A stretch of 64,000 bases of DNA from Ignavibacteriota bacterium (GTDB lineage Bacteria; Bacteroidota; Ignavibacteria; UBA10030; CAVZMI01). Where the stretch lies: the NCBI GenBank assembly GCA_963776275.1, contig CAVZMI010000015.1, positions 96,001-160,000 on the forward strand, written 5' to 3'. The notes beneath the pieces are model-generated. The model ran no database searches, was not told where the DNA came from, and worked only from the letters and a program-made list of their open reading frames with translations. Below, in pieces: positions 33,930-44,150 of the stretch. The first letter of the stretch is position 1. Every line of letters begins with the position of its first letter. The position numbers were made by a program, and so were the translations under genes.

Positions 33930-36338
33930 GTGACAATCATCATTCCATATCGATTTCAATTAATTCGATCCAGGAAATTCCGATGGGTGATCTGTTCCAT
34001 CGTCGTATTGCTGGTTGCCGGACTCATTTCGATTTTTATCCCGCTTTCCCGGGATGGATTTAGTCCGATCACGATCCGATCAATGTGTGTTGTAGACCGA
34101 AACGGCTATATGCTTCGCGAATTTCTCAATGATCAACAGGGCCGCGGAGAGTGGATCCCATATGAAAAAATTTCTCCCTGGCTGATAAAGGCGACAATAG
34201 CCATAGAAGACAAGCGCTTCAGATATCACCCGGGTGTCGATCCGTTAGCACTGGCACGTGCTGTCTTGCAGAACGTACAGGCGGGCGCATTTCGGTCAGG
34301 CGCGTCAACGATCACGCAACAGGTTATCCGTAATGTGTACCATCATCCTCGGACAATTCCGGCGAAGATCCTCAAGGCATGGTATGCACTCCGCCTTGAA
34401 CGGATGATGACAAAAAATGAAATTCTTGGACAGTATCTGAACAGGGCGCCCTACGGGAATCAACTTTTTGGTGTCGAGGCAGCATCCAGGACTTATTTCA
34501 ACAAACCCGCGGGCGATCTCTCACTGGCCGAAGCAGCATTTCTTGCAGCGCTCCCGAATGCACCTTCATCGTTGAATCCATATAATAAATTTGACGCAAC
34601 CATAAAACGTCAGCACATTATTTTACAAAGGATGCTCGATCAAAAAGAGATCACCCAGGATGAATATGAACGGGCAGTCGAACAGCCAGTGAAAATTCTT
34701 CCGGCTGATGTAGCATTTCGGGCTCCACATGCAGTTGAAATGATATCCAAATATTACTCGCAATTTCCTGATGTAGTGAAGATTCAGTCGACTATCGATG
34801 CACCGCTCCAGCAGGAGATACAATTTCTCGTCAGAAGCGATCTCGATCGTCTTAAAAAGAAAAATGTCTCCAATGCTGCAGTTGTCGTAATCGAAAATGC
34901 GTCAAGCGCTATCAGGGTTCTTCTTGGCTCGGTGAATTTTTTTGACTCAAAGGCCCAGGGACAGATCAATGGTGCTCTGGCGTTACGTCAGCCGGGTTCG
35001 GCGCTGAAGCCGTTTACATATGTCACTGCGTTCCAGATGGGATATACACCCGCGACACTACTTGCTGATATTCCTACGAATATTCCTGATGAGCGGGGAG
35101 ACTATGTCCCGGAGAATTATGATAAAAAATTTCATGGGCCTGTACGTGCGCGAACAGCTCTTGCGTGCTCGTACAATGTACCTGCTGTGCGTGTACTTCG
35201 TTCTATAGGTAAAGAAACGCTGATACAAACACTCCAATCCATCGGATTTACTTCGCTTACGCAAAATGCTGAGTATTACGGACTCGGGTTGACTCTGGGC
35301 AACGCCGAAGTCTCGCTGCTTGAATTAACCAATGCATACCGCGTACTGGCCAATCGTGGAGAATGGAGACCGTTGCAACTTGTCCACTCGATAAAGAGTG
35401 CAGAAGACGTTACTATTGAACTTCCCGTAATGGATATCGAACGAGGCACACCCCGCAGGGTTTTCGATGAGCGTGCTGTATACCTCCTTACAGACATATT
35501 GGAGGATCCGAATGCGCGGCGGCCGGCGTTTGGAAGTGCACTGCGTCTTCCTTTTCCATGTGCCGTTAAAACAGGAACTACGAAAGATTATAAAGATAAT
35601 TGGACCATCGGATATACGACCGAATATACCGTCGGGGTGTGGGTTGGAAATTTTGATGGAACGCCGATGCGTGGTGTGTCGGGCGTAAGCGGAGCCGGAC
35701 AGGTATTTATCGACGTAATGACATTTCTGTATTCGAGATTGCCCGATCTCTCGCCTCCCGATTTCACAATTCCAAAAGGAATTGCCCGGCAACGAATTTG
35801 CTCGCGCTCCGGAATGCTCCCCACCGAGAATTGCCGGAAGACAATGCTCGAGTGTTTTTATGTCTCCGGTATTCCGCGGGAACATTGTACGATTCATCGA
35901 CGATTCACGGTGATGAACGAACAGTGTGAAAAAGTATCGAGGATCTTCGAAGTATATCCACCAGAATTCAGCGAGTGGGCGGAAGCCGAACGGCTTCCAC
36001 AACCTCCACCGCATGCACTACCGGTTTTTCCGACTGATGAAAAGGCCGGTTCATCCGCTTCTCATCTCATACGATTATCGATAGTTGCACCGGGAAACGG
36101 AGAGATTTTTAAAATCGATCCGGTTTTAAGACCCGAATATCAATCGATAAAAATTGTGGGAGTCGTACCTGAAGGAACTTCTGATGTCCGAATAAGGTTC
36201 GATGATGTAGGAGAATTTCCCTATACGGATGGGGGAGTCTGGTGGAATTTGCAGCGAGGGATTCATAAGTTTTGCCTCAGAGGGCATGCTCAAAATAAGG
36301 AGGTTGTATCAAGATCGGTCACTATAATGGTAGAATAA
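33930..36338 (+). CDS. pbpC: Penicillin-binding protein 1C
   Basis: EDKRF, GASTITQQ, SALK (SxxK), SYN, KTGT; canonical partner of alpha-2-macroglobulin. Confidence 0.94.
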   Translation: MTIIIPYRFQLIRSRKFRWVICSIVVLLVAGLISIFIPLSRDGFSPITIRSMCVVDRNGYMLREFLNDQQGRGEWIPYEKISPWLIKATIAIEDKRFRYHPGVDPLALARAVLQNVQAGAFRSGASTITQQVIRNVYHHPRTIPAKILKAWYALRLERMMTKNEILGQYLNRAPYGNQLFGVEAASRTYFNKPAGDLSLAEAAFLAALPNAPSSLNPYNKFDATIKRQHIILQRMLDQKEITQDEYERAVEQPVKILPADVAFRAPHAVEMISKYYSQFPDVVKIQSTIDAPLQQEIQFLVRSDLDRLKKKNVSNAAVVVIENASSAIRVLLGSVNFFDSKAQGQINGALALRQPGSALKPFTYVTAFQMGYTPATLLADIPTNIPDERGDYVPENYDKKFHGPVRARTALACSYNVPAVRVLRSIGKETLIQTLQSIGFTSLTQNAEYYGLGLTLGNAEVSLLELTNAYRVLANRGEWRPLQLVHSIKSAEDVTIELPVMDIERGTPRRVFDERAVYLLTDILEDPNARRPAFGSALRLPFPCAVKTGTTKDYKDNWTIGYTTEYTVGVWVGNFDGTPMRGVSGVSGAGQVFIDVMTFLYSRLPDLSPPDFTIPKGIARQRICSRSGMLPTENCRKTMLECFYVSGIPREHCTIHRRFTVMNEQCEKVSRIFEVYPPEFSEWAEAERLPQPPPHALPVFPTDEKAGSSASHLIRLSIVAPGNGEIFKIDPVLRPEYQSIKIVGVVPEGTSDVRIRFDDVGEFPYTDGGVWWNLQRGIHKFCLRGHAQNKEVVSRSVTIMVE

Positions 36339-36379
36339 GTGGTTATCATTCTTGATTGTTGCATGAAGGAGTGTATTCT

Positions 36380-36913
36380 ATGATTAAAACCGCACTTCCA
36401 TATATTGCTCTTCTAGGATTTTCCGGTTGTGGAATATTCGGAAGTACAACCTATCCGCCGCTCGATGTAGTTTCCCATGTCGATCTGACCAAATATGCAG
36501 GGAAATGGTACGAGATCGCGTCACTGCCAGTGTCTCAGCAAAAAGGGTGCTCATGCACAACGGCTGAATACATACCGATCGATAGTGAAGTCGTCAGAGT
36601 AATCAATACGTGTAAAAAAGGTTCTGAGGGTGAGATCGCCCGCGCCGAAGGAAAAGCATTTGTCGTCCCGGGAAGCAACAATGCGAAGCTCCGGGTGCAG
36701 TTCTTCTGGCCATTCCGCGGCGATTACTGGATACTCGACCTCGACAAGGATTATACCTATGCTGTTGTGGGACTTCCAAGCAGAAAGTATTGCTGGATTC
36801 TCTCGCGAACTCCACAGATGGAAAAGGAATTACTCGATAAGCTTATCGAAAATCTTCGGTTAGAAGGATTTGATGTCGATAAAATGCAAAGGACGGTACA
36901 TAATTGCGATTGA
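36380..36913 (+). CDS. blc: Outer-membrane lipocalin
   Basis: Lipobox FSGC; YAGKWYEIA, GDYWILDLD, WILSRTP. Confidence 0.93.
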   Translation: MIKTALPYIALLGFSGCGIFGSTTYPPLDVVSHVDLTKYAGKWYEIASLPVSQQKGCSCTTAEYIPIDSEVVRVINTCKKGSEGEIARAEGKAFVVPGSNNAKLRVQFFWPFRGDYWILDLDKDYTYAVVGLPSRKYCWILSRTPQMEKELLDKLIENLRLEGFDVDKMQRTVHNCD

Positions 36914-36964
36914 AAATCTCGGATCATTTTCTTAAAAACCCTAATAAATAAATCTTTTTTGAGA

Positions 36965-36989
36965 GAACTTTCTCGTATTACTCATCGTT
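36965..36989 (+). promoter_or_regulatory. Candidate ECF sigma promoter for the metal efflux operon
   Basis: GAAC-N17-CGTT; nearby TAAAACGAT direct repeat (36996, 37031). Confidence 0.35.
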
Positions 36990-37063
36990 ACATATTAAAA
37001 CGATTATTATTTTCGAGCTCATTCAACTTTTAAAACGATATAATAGTAATATACTATCGTATA

Positions 37064-37489
37064 ATGCGAAAATCTCTCTTCCATAAGATTCCGCTCATCG
37101 GATTGGCACTGACCGTCCTTTTTGCCAGTGCTGGATTCATGACAATCATTGAGTCCCGTTGTGCGATGATGGGGGACTCGAATACAGAATCATGCCCGAT
37201 GATGTCTTGCTGCGAAACTCCTGCATCTAAGATGGATAATGGACTTTCATATACATCGCCTTTGAAATGTCATGCTCTTACACTTGCCGGCTTAACTTCG
37301 ACGCTTCTTTCCACTCCGGCACAAGAACAAAATGCGACAAAAATCTTTTTTACACTCCATGATTATGTTTCGTTGATTACTCCTTCCGAAATCGACAATT
37401 CGAAATCAGCAATTATTAGTACTTCTATTCATACTCCCAGACCACCTTCGGTGGAGAGGTATGTCCTTACATCAGCATTTCTCATTTAA
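37064..37489 (+). CDS. Putative metal-responsive leader protein (HYC_CC_PP / DUF2946-like architecture)
   Basis: N-terminal TM, C/M-rich CAMMG..CPMMSCC, C-terminal RPP...FLI; first gene of the cus operon. Confidence 0.6.
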   Translation: MRKSLFHKIPLIGLALTVLFASAGFMTIIESRCAMMGDSNTESCPMMSCCETPASKMDNGLSYTSPLKCHALTLAGLTSTLLSTPAQEQNATKIFFTLHDYVSLITPSEIDNSKSAIISTSIHTPRPPSVERYVLTSAFLI

Positions 37490-37644
37490 AGAAAACTCCA
37501 CTTCAACAGCTTTCATTCAATATTCTTGGTATATTCACCGTGTATATTGTGTTTACTCTGTAATTGCCGTATTTATGTTTTTTGAAAGGAAAATCTAAAA
37601 ACAGGATTTCAAAATCATATTTTACAACACTATTGAAAGAAGAT

Positions 37645-38937
37645 ATGAAAAATAGGTTTACTATCGTCCTTATCATTGTCACGAGTGTTTCTTGTATGCG
37701 ATATTCCATTTCTTCACCGCAGGATAAGAATCAACTCCGGCTCGACGAACTCGTTACGGAAGCAGTCCGGAATAATCCGCAACTTCAGGCAGCACGGTAT
37801 CAGACCGCTGCGTATCGTAAAAGAGCCGACCAGGTAACCGCGTTGGATGCACCACAGTTGGGAATAGAATTTTTTCAGTTGCCTGTCGGTTCGTTTCCGA
37901 ATCCATTCAGAAATAATATGGAAACCGATTATTCTATCCAGCAAATGATCCCCTTTCCGGGGAAACTCTCCGCAATGGGACAGGCTGCCGAAAATAATGC
38001 CGGCATGGCCGAGCAATCAGCAAGGGCGCTTGAACGCAAGATCATCAAAGATCTAAAAACTGCTTATTACGAATTGTATCTCGTCCAACGGAAGATTCAA
38101 TTTAATAATGAGAATCAAGAGCTCATGCGGCGGTTTCTTGATATTGCGCGGAGCCAGTACGAAGTTGGAATGGGAAAACAGCCCGATATCCTTCGTGCAC
38201 AGACCGAACTTTCTACTCTCATTAATGATGGGATAACCCTGCAGAAAGAAAAAACAGTCGTAGAAGCGATGATCAATACGCTGTTGAATCGACCTGTCGC
38301 GTCTCCACTCGGAGAAGTACCGGAGATCGAAGCAAATATTCCTCAATGGACTCTCGATCAACTCCGGCCGCTGGTCATCGAGAATCGTTCTGAACTCAAG
38401 GAAATGGATTTGAACATCGCGATGAACAGGGCGGAGTTGTCGGTATCGAAACGAGAGTATTTGCCCGATCTCATGGTGCGCACGATGTACAAGGATATGG
38501 CAATGACGCGAGACGACTTCTGGTCGGTAATGATTGGAATCAGTATACCACTGTCACCATGGTCCGGCGGGAAATATACCGCCAGGGTCGAAGAGAATGA
38601 GTTGAATGTAAATAAAGCAGAAGCGGAATACCAGAATATGAGGAATATGGTTTTTTTCGAAGTGCAGGATGCGCTTGTGAAGGTCCAGACTAACCGGAAT
38701 CAGGTAGAACTTTATAAAAAGACGATAATTCCACAAGCGGAACAGACGCTTCAATCGACCATCGCAGCGTACCAAACAGGGAAGACAGAATTTCTCATGC
38801 TCATCGACGCGTACCGGATGCTGCTCATGGTAAAAAACGATCATGCGATGGCGGTGATGAATTATATGGCGAGTCAGGCAGAATTGGAGCAAGCGGTCGG
38901 TTTAGACGTGAAAGAAATTACAGAGAAAATACAATAA
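37645..38937 (+). CDS. TolC-family outer membrane efflux protein (CusC-like)
   Basis: OEP repeats (NNPQL, Q.IPFPGKL, YQTGKTEF), Met-rich. Confidence 0.9.
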   Translation: MKNRFTIVLIIVTSVSCMRYSISSPQDKNQLRLDELVTEAVRNNPQLQAARYQTAAYRKRADQVTALDAPQLGIEFFQLPVGSFPNPFRNNMETDYSIQQMIPFPGKLSAMGQAAENNAGMAEQSARALERKIIKDLKTAYYELYLVQRKIQFNNENQELMRRFLDIARSQYEVGMGKQPDILRAQTELSTLINDGITLQKEKTVVEAMINTLLNRPVASPLGEVPEIEANIPQWTLDQLRPLVIENRSELKEMDLNIAMNRAELSVSKREYLPDLMVRTMYKDMAMTRDDFWSVMIGISIPLSPWSGGKYTARVEENELNVNKAEAEYQNMRNMVFFEVQDALVKVQTNRNQVELYKKTIIPQAEQTLQSTIAAYQTGKTEFLMLIDAYRMLLMVKNDHAMAVMNYMASQAELEQAVGLDVKEITEKIQ

Positions 38938-38951
38938 TTGAGGAATGTCAT

Positions 38952-40391
38952 ATGCGAACAACTATTATCACGGCTATTCTGTGTCTCATCATCGGCGTTG
39001 GTGGCGGGTGGCTCTTGTTTCGTTCATCAGGTACAAAGACCGGTACAAAAGAACGAAAGATATTGTACTATCGGGATCCGATGAATCCTGCAAACACATC
39101 TCCCATGCCGAAGAAGGCATCCGATGGGATGGACTTCGTACCGGTCTATGAGGAGCAAGGGACTTCATCCGCCGAGAAAAAAATAGCCTATTATAAAGAC
39201 CCGATGCATCCCTGGTATACATCCGATAAACCCGGAAAAGCTCCCGATTGTGGGATGGATCTCGTTCCTGTCTATGAAGGCGAGGGTATCGCAGAGGGTA
39301 TTAAGATTGATCCGTCAGTTGTACAGAATATCGGAGTAAAAACCGAACTGGTGGTAAGAAAGAAATTATCAAGGGTAATCAGAACTGTCGGGAAAGTCGA
39401 TTTCGATGAAACGAAAATATTTTCGGTGAATACAAAAGTCATGGGATGGGTCGAACGCCTCTTTGTCGATTACACCGGTAAGCCTGTTCGAAAGGGCGAA
39501 CCATTGCTCTCGATATACAGTCCGGATCTGGTCACAACACAGGAAGAGTATCTGCAGGCGATCCGTTATCGCCGTACACTCGCCGAGAGCAGTTCTGAGG
39601 AAGCGAGAAAAGGTGCAGAAAGCCTTGTGGAAAGTGCTCGGCGGCGGCTTCTTAATTGGGACATTCCTGAGAAAGAGGTTAAAGCTCTCGAAGAACGAGG
39701 AACTCCGACGAAAACGATGACAATATACGCTCCTGCCGATGGATTTGTGATGGAAAAAATGGTTCAGAAAGGGCAGAATGTCATGTCCGGAATGGAACTC
39801 TATAAAATTGCAAATCTCTCGAAAGTATGGGTCCTTGCCGAAATTTATCAATACGAACTTGCATGGGTAAAGGTCGGGCAACATGCCGATATCGATCTTT
39901 CGTATTTACCGGGAAAGAGTTTCAAGGGAATTATCACGTATGTCTATCCGATGGTTAATATGGAAACTAAAACTGCGAAAGTAAGGATAGAACTTCAAAA
40001 CACATCGCACTATGAGTTTAAACCTGAGATGTTTGTGACAGTGAAAATCGCTTCGCCGCTGTCGATCGAATCGATCGCAGTACCTGAACAATCGATTATC
40101 CGATCGGGTGAAAGAAATATTGTCGTCGTGGCTCTCGGCGGTGGTTACTTCGATCCGCGCGAAGTAAAGCTTGGTGCCAGTGCCGACGGTTTTGTGCAGA
40201 TTCTCGATGGTCTCCATGAAGGCGAGACGATCGTGACCTCTTCCCAATTTCTCATCGATTCCGAGAGTAACCTGAAAGCGGCAATCAGCCAGATGTCCGG
40301 TCACGCCGGCTTATCGAAACCGATTGATCAATCGACTCCATCGAATCATACAGAACATCGGGATACGATGGATACAACTGAAATAAAATGA
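38952..40391 (+). CDS. cusB: RND periplasmic adaptor CusB with two heavy-metal-binding repeats
   Basis: YRDPMNP..GMDFVP and YKDPMHP..CGMDLVP; YSPDLVTTQEE, FLIDSESNL. Confidence 0.92.
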   Translation: MRTTIITAILCLIIGVGGGWLLFRSSGTKTGTKERKILYYRDPMNPANTSPMPKKASDGMDFVPVYEEQGTSSAEKKIAYYKDPMHPWYTSDKPGKAPDCGMDLVPVYEGEGIAEGIKIDPSVVQNIGVKTELVVRKKLSRVIRTVGKVDFDETKIFSVNTKVMGWVERLFVDYTGKPVRKGEPLLSIYSPDLVTTQEEYLQAIRYRRTLAESSSEEARKGAESLVESARRRLLNWDIPEKEVKALEERGTPTKTMTIYAPADGFVMEKMVQKGQNVMSGMELYKIANLSKVWVLAEIYQYELAWVKVGQHADIDLSYLPGKSFKGIITYVYPMVNMETKTAKVRIELQNTSHYEFKPEMFVTVKIASPLSIESIAVPEQSIIRSGERNIVVVALGGGYFDPREVKLGASADGFVQILDGLHEGETIVTSSQFLIDSESNLKAAISQMSGHAGLSKPIDQSTPSNHTEHRDTMDTTEIK

Positions 40392-40438
40392 CCATAGATC
40401 CGTAAAATGATACTGCTTGATCGATACGGAGAACAATC

Positions 40439-43400
40439 ATGCTGAAAAAAATTATCGAAGTGTCGGTTCACAATAAATTTATCGTGATTCTTGCCGTACT
40501 GTTTTTAATCGGGTGGGGTATATATTCGATGCTCAATATTCCGATCGATGCGATACCCGATCTGAGCAACGTCCAGGTAATAATTTACACCGAGTATCAG
40601 GGGCAATCTCCTCGTACCGTCGAGGATCAGATTACATATCCTCTCACAACTGCAATGGTATCGGTTCCGGGATCAAAAGTTGTTCGAGGCTATTCGTTTT
40701 TCGGATATTCGCTGGTATACGTCATTTTCGAAGATGGGACGGATATTTACTGGGCTCGAAGTCGTGTTCTCGAGTATCTGAATTATGCCCGGAAACGATT
40801 GCCTGAAAAAATCATTCCGACACTTGGACCGGATGCAACCGGAGTCGGATGGGTTTACATGTACACCTTGACATCGGATAAGCGTTCGCTCCAGGAATTA
40901 CGGTCGTATCAGGATTGGTACATGAAATACCAATTGACTGCGGTCAAAGGAGTCGCCGAAGTGGCAAGCATCGGCGGTTTTGTGAAGCAGTATCAGGTGA
41001 CGGTCGATCCGGCGAAGCTCCTTGCATATAATATCCCGCTCGGGATGGTCGAGATGGCTATAAAAAATTCAAATAACGATGTCGGCGGAGAAGTGATCGA
41101 GATGGGTGAGACGGAGTTCATGGTCCGCGGTCTCGGGTATATCAAAACCATCGATGATGTGAAAAATATTCCGGTGATGACAGACCGAAAAAGCGGAACA
41201 CCGGTATTCATCAAAGATATTGGTGATGTGACACTCGGACCTGAGATGCGACGCGGCGTGGCGGAATCAAATGGAGAAGGAGAGGTGGTCGGCGGGATTA
41301 TTGTCATGCGCTATGGACAAAATGCCCTCGAAGTAATTAGGAACGTCAAAAAACAGATCGAAGTACTCAAACAGGGTCTCCCGGCCGACGTGAAAATTAC
41401 GCCTGTTTATGATCGGTCCGGTCTGATCGAGCGCGCGATCGATACCCTCAAAGGAAAATTACTGGAAGAAATTATAATTGTTGCTCTTGTATGCATCATC
41501 TTCTTACTCCATGCACGGAGTTCGTTTGTGGCTATATTCACGCTGCCGACGGCAATCCTGATGGCGTTCATCGTCATGAAAATGCAGGGGATCAATGCCA
41601 ACATCATGTCGCTCAGCGGTATAGCAATTGCAATCGGCGCAATGGTCGATGCTGCAATTATTATGGTCGAAAATACGCATAAGCATATAGAACATGAAAT
41701 GCTTAAGCCGCCCGTGGAGCGTCGGGATCACTGGCAGATTATTCTCGATGCATCAAAAGAAGTCGGACCGGCGCTTTTCTATTCGCTTCTCGTCATTACA
41801 GTATCGTTCATCCCTGTCTTCACACTCGAAGCTCAGGAGGGGCGGTTGTTCCGTCCCCTGGCGTTTACAAAAACATATTCGATGGGAGCGGCAGCGATAC
41901 TCTCGATCACCATTGTCCCCATCCTCATGGGATACTGGATCAGGGGAAAGATACTCCCGGAGGATCGAAATCCCATCAATCGTTTTCTTATCCGGGTGTA
42001 CACACCGGTTGTGGATTTTGTATTGAAACATTCCAAATGGATAATTGTAGCTGCTCTTCTTTTATTGGGCATCACGATTATTCCATTCAACAAAATAGGA
42101 TCGGAGTTCATGCCGCCGTTGTATGAAGGTGATTTACTCTATATGCCCACGACTCTTCCGGGAATGTCGATAACTAAGGCCAAGGAAGTCCTGCAACAGA
42201 CCGATAAGATCATCCGGCAGTTTCCGGAAGTTCATCATGTTTTCGGTAAGGCAGGACGAGCGGAAACAGCGACAGATCCGGCCGGCCTCGATATGTTTGA
42301 AACCACCATTATGCTCAAACCGGAGGGCGAATGGCGGCCGGGAATGACTGTGGAGAAACTCGTCGATGAAATGGATAAGGCCATCCAGTTTCCAGGGATT
42401 ACCAATGCATGGACGATGCCTATTAAAACTCGCGTTGATATGCTCAGCACCGGCATTAAAACCCCCGTAGGAATCAAAATATCCGGACCTGATTTGATGG
42501 TGCTGGAAGATATCGGCCGGGAAGTGGAAGCGGTTATGCGCACGGTTCCCGGTACGCTCAGTGCATTTGCTGAGCGGGCAGTCGGTGGGAATTATCTCGA
42601 TTTCGACATTAACCGCCAGGAAGCCGCCCGGTATGGTCTGACGATCGGTGATGTCCAATCCGTTATCGAAACAGCAATGGGCGGAATGAGTATAACGAAT
42701 ACCGTTGAAGGATTGGAACGCTATACGGTAAATCTGCGCTATAGTCGTGAACTGCGGGATAACATCGAGGCTTTGAAGCGTGTCCTTGTGCCGACTCCAT
42801 CAGGTCAACAGATCCCGGTCGGACAACTTGCAGCAATAACAACCCGAAAAGGGCCGATGGTTGTCAGGAGCGAAGGTACCCGTCCCAACGCATGGGTGTT
42901 TGTGGATATTAAAAATATCGATATCGGAACGTATGTCCAGAATGCACAACGCATTGTGGCGGAGAAAGTAAAAATACCCCCCGGATATAATCTTATCTGG
43001 AGCGGAGAGTATGAATATATGCAGAGGGCACAGGAAAGGTTGATGTACGTCATTCCGATGACGCTGTTCATCATTTTCATCATCATCTATCTAAATACCC
43101 GTTCTGTGACAAAAGTAGCGATCGTTTTTCTTGCGGTGCCATTTTCGCTTATCGGCGCGTTCTGGTTTCTCTATATTCTCGGTTATAACCTGAGTATTGC
43201 CGTCTGGGTCGGCATTATTGCACTTGCAGGACTCGATGCAGAGACGGGAGTTGTTATGCTTCTGTATCTGGACCACGCCTATGATGATTGGAAAAAGAAG
43301 GGCTTGATGAGAGGGTTGCAGGCAGCCTCAAAGATGCCATTCATCACGGTGCCGTTCAGAGAGTACGACCAAAAATAATGACAGCCTCGGTGATTATCGC

Positions 43401-43593
43401 CGGTCTCCTTCCGATCATGTGGAGCCATGGAACCGGAGCCGATGTGATGAAACGTATCGCGGCGCCGATGGTCGGTGGAGTAGTAACATCGGTATTGCTC
43501 GAACTTGCAGTGTATCCGGTAGTTTACTATATATGGAAAAGTCGCGGCTTGAAGAAAAAATTAGAATTACAGCCAGACGCCATTAATGTATAA
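40439..43593 (+). CDS. cusA: CusA/SilA Cu(I)/Ag(I) RND efflux permease; frameshift near 43315
   Basis: DAIPDLS, GPDATGVGWVY, GAMVDAAIIMVEN, MPIKTRVDMLSTG; C-terminus RVRPKIMT in ORF 43288-43593. Confidence 0.95.
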
Positions 43594-43698
43594 TGCTGAT
43601 GATTGTGAAAACGCGTGATTTCTATTTCTTTTTTTTCTACCTTACTATGTTTTAAAATTAAGTAACCAATTTATCGGTTAATGTAGAGAGGATAAGTT

Positions 43699-44094
43699 AT
43701 GAAGAAATCAGTTCGCTTTTGGGGAATTCTTTTGAGTGCAGCACTTGTTGCAGGTTCGTGGGCATACGCTCAACAGACCAAACAGAATACTCAAGATGCG
43801 AATATATCGAAAAAAGAAATTATAAAAGAAAAACCATGTGCAAAAGATAGTTGTTGTAATATATGTCTCCAAAAAGATAAATCGAGAGAATGTGGTAAGT
43901 CAGAATGTTGTAAGTGGAATTGCCGGAAGCCAGATTATTGTAAAGCAGATTGCTGCTCGATGAAATCCGATTCGACAAAACAATGCTGCAATACAATGAT
44001 GCATGATTCAAAAAAACATGGAATGGGGTGCTGTGAGAAATTGAAAAAAGGCGGTTGTGAAAAAATGATGAAGATAAAAGGTGAGCAGAATTGA
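43699..44094 (+). CDS. Secreted Cys/Met/Lys-rich protein (metallothionein-like)
   Basis: Signal peptide ending AYA; 16 Cys including five CC pairs. Confidence 0.7.
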   Translation: MKKSVRFWGILLSAALVAGSWAYAQQTKQNTQDANISKKEIIKEKPCAKDSCCNICLQKDKSRECGKSECCKWNCRKPDYCKADCCSMKSDSTKQCCNTMMHDSKKHGMGCCEKLKKGGCEKMMKIKGEQN

Positions 44095-44150
44095 GACTAA
44101 AGAAAAACATCGAATATAATGAAATTACCTGAACCCAAGGAAGCTGACAA

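Noticed and set aside
28252-36913. alpha-2-macroglobulin-pbpC-lipocalin cluster as a novel system
   Set aside because: The A2M-PbpC pairing is well established and the thioester motif is canonical.
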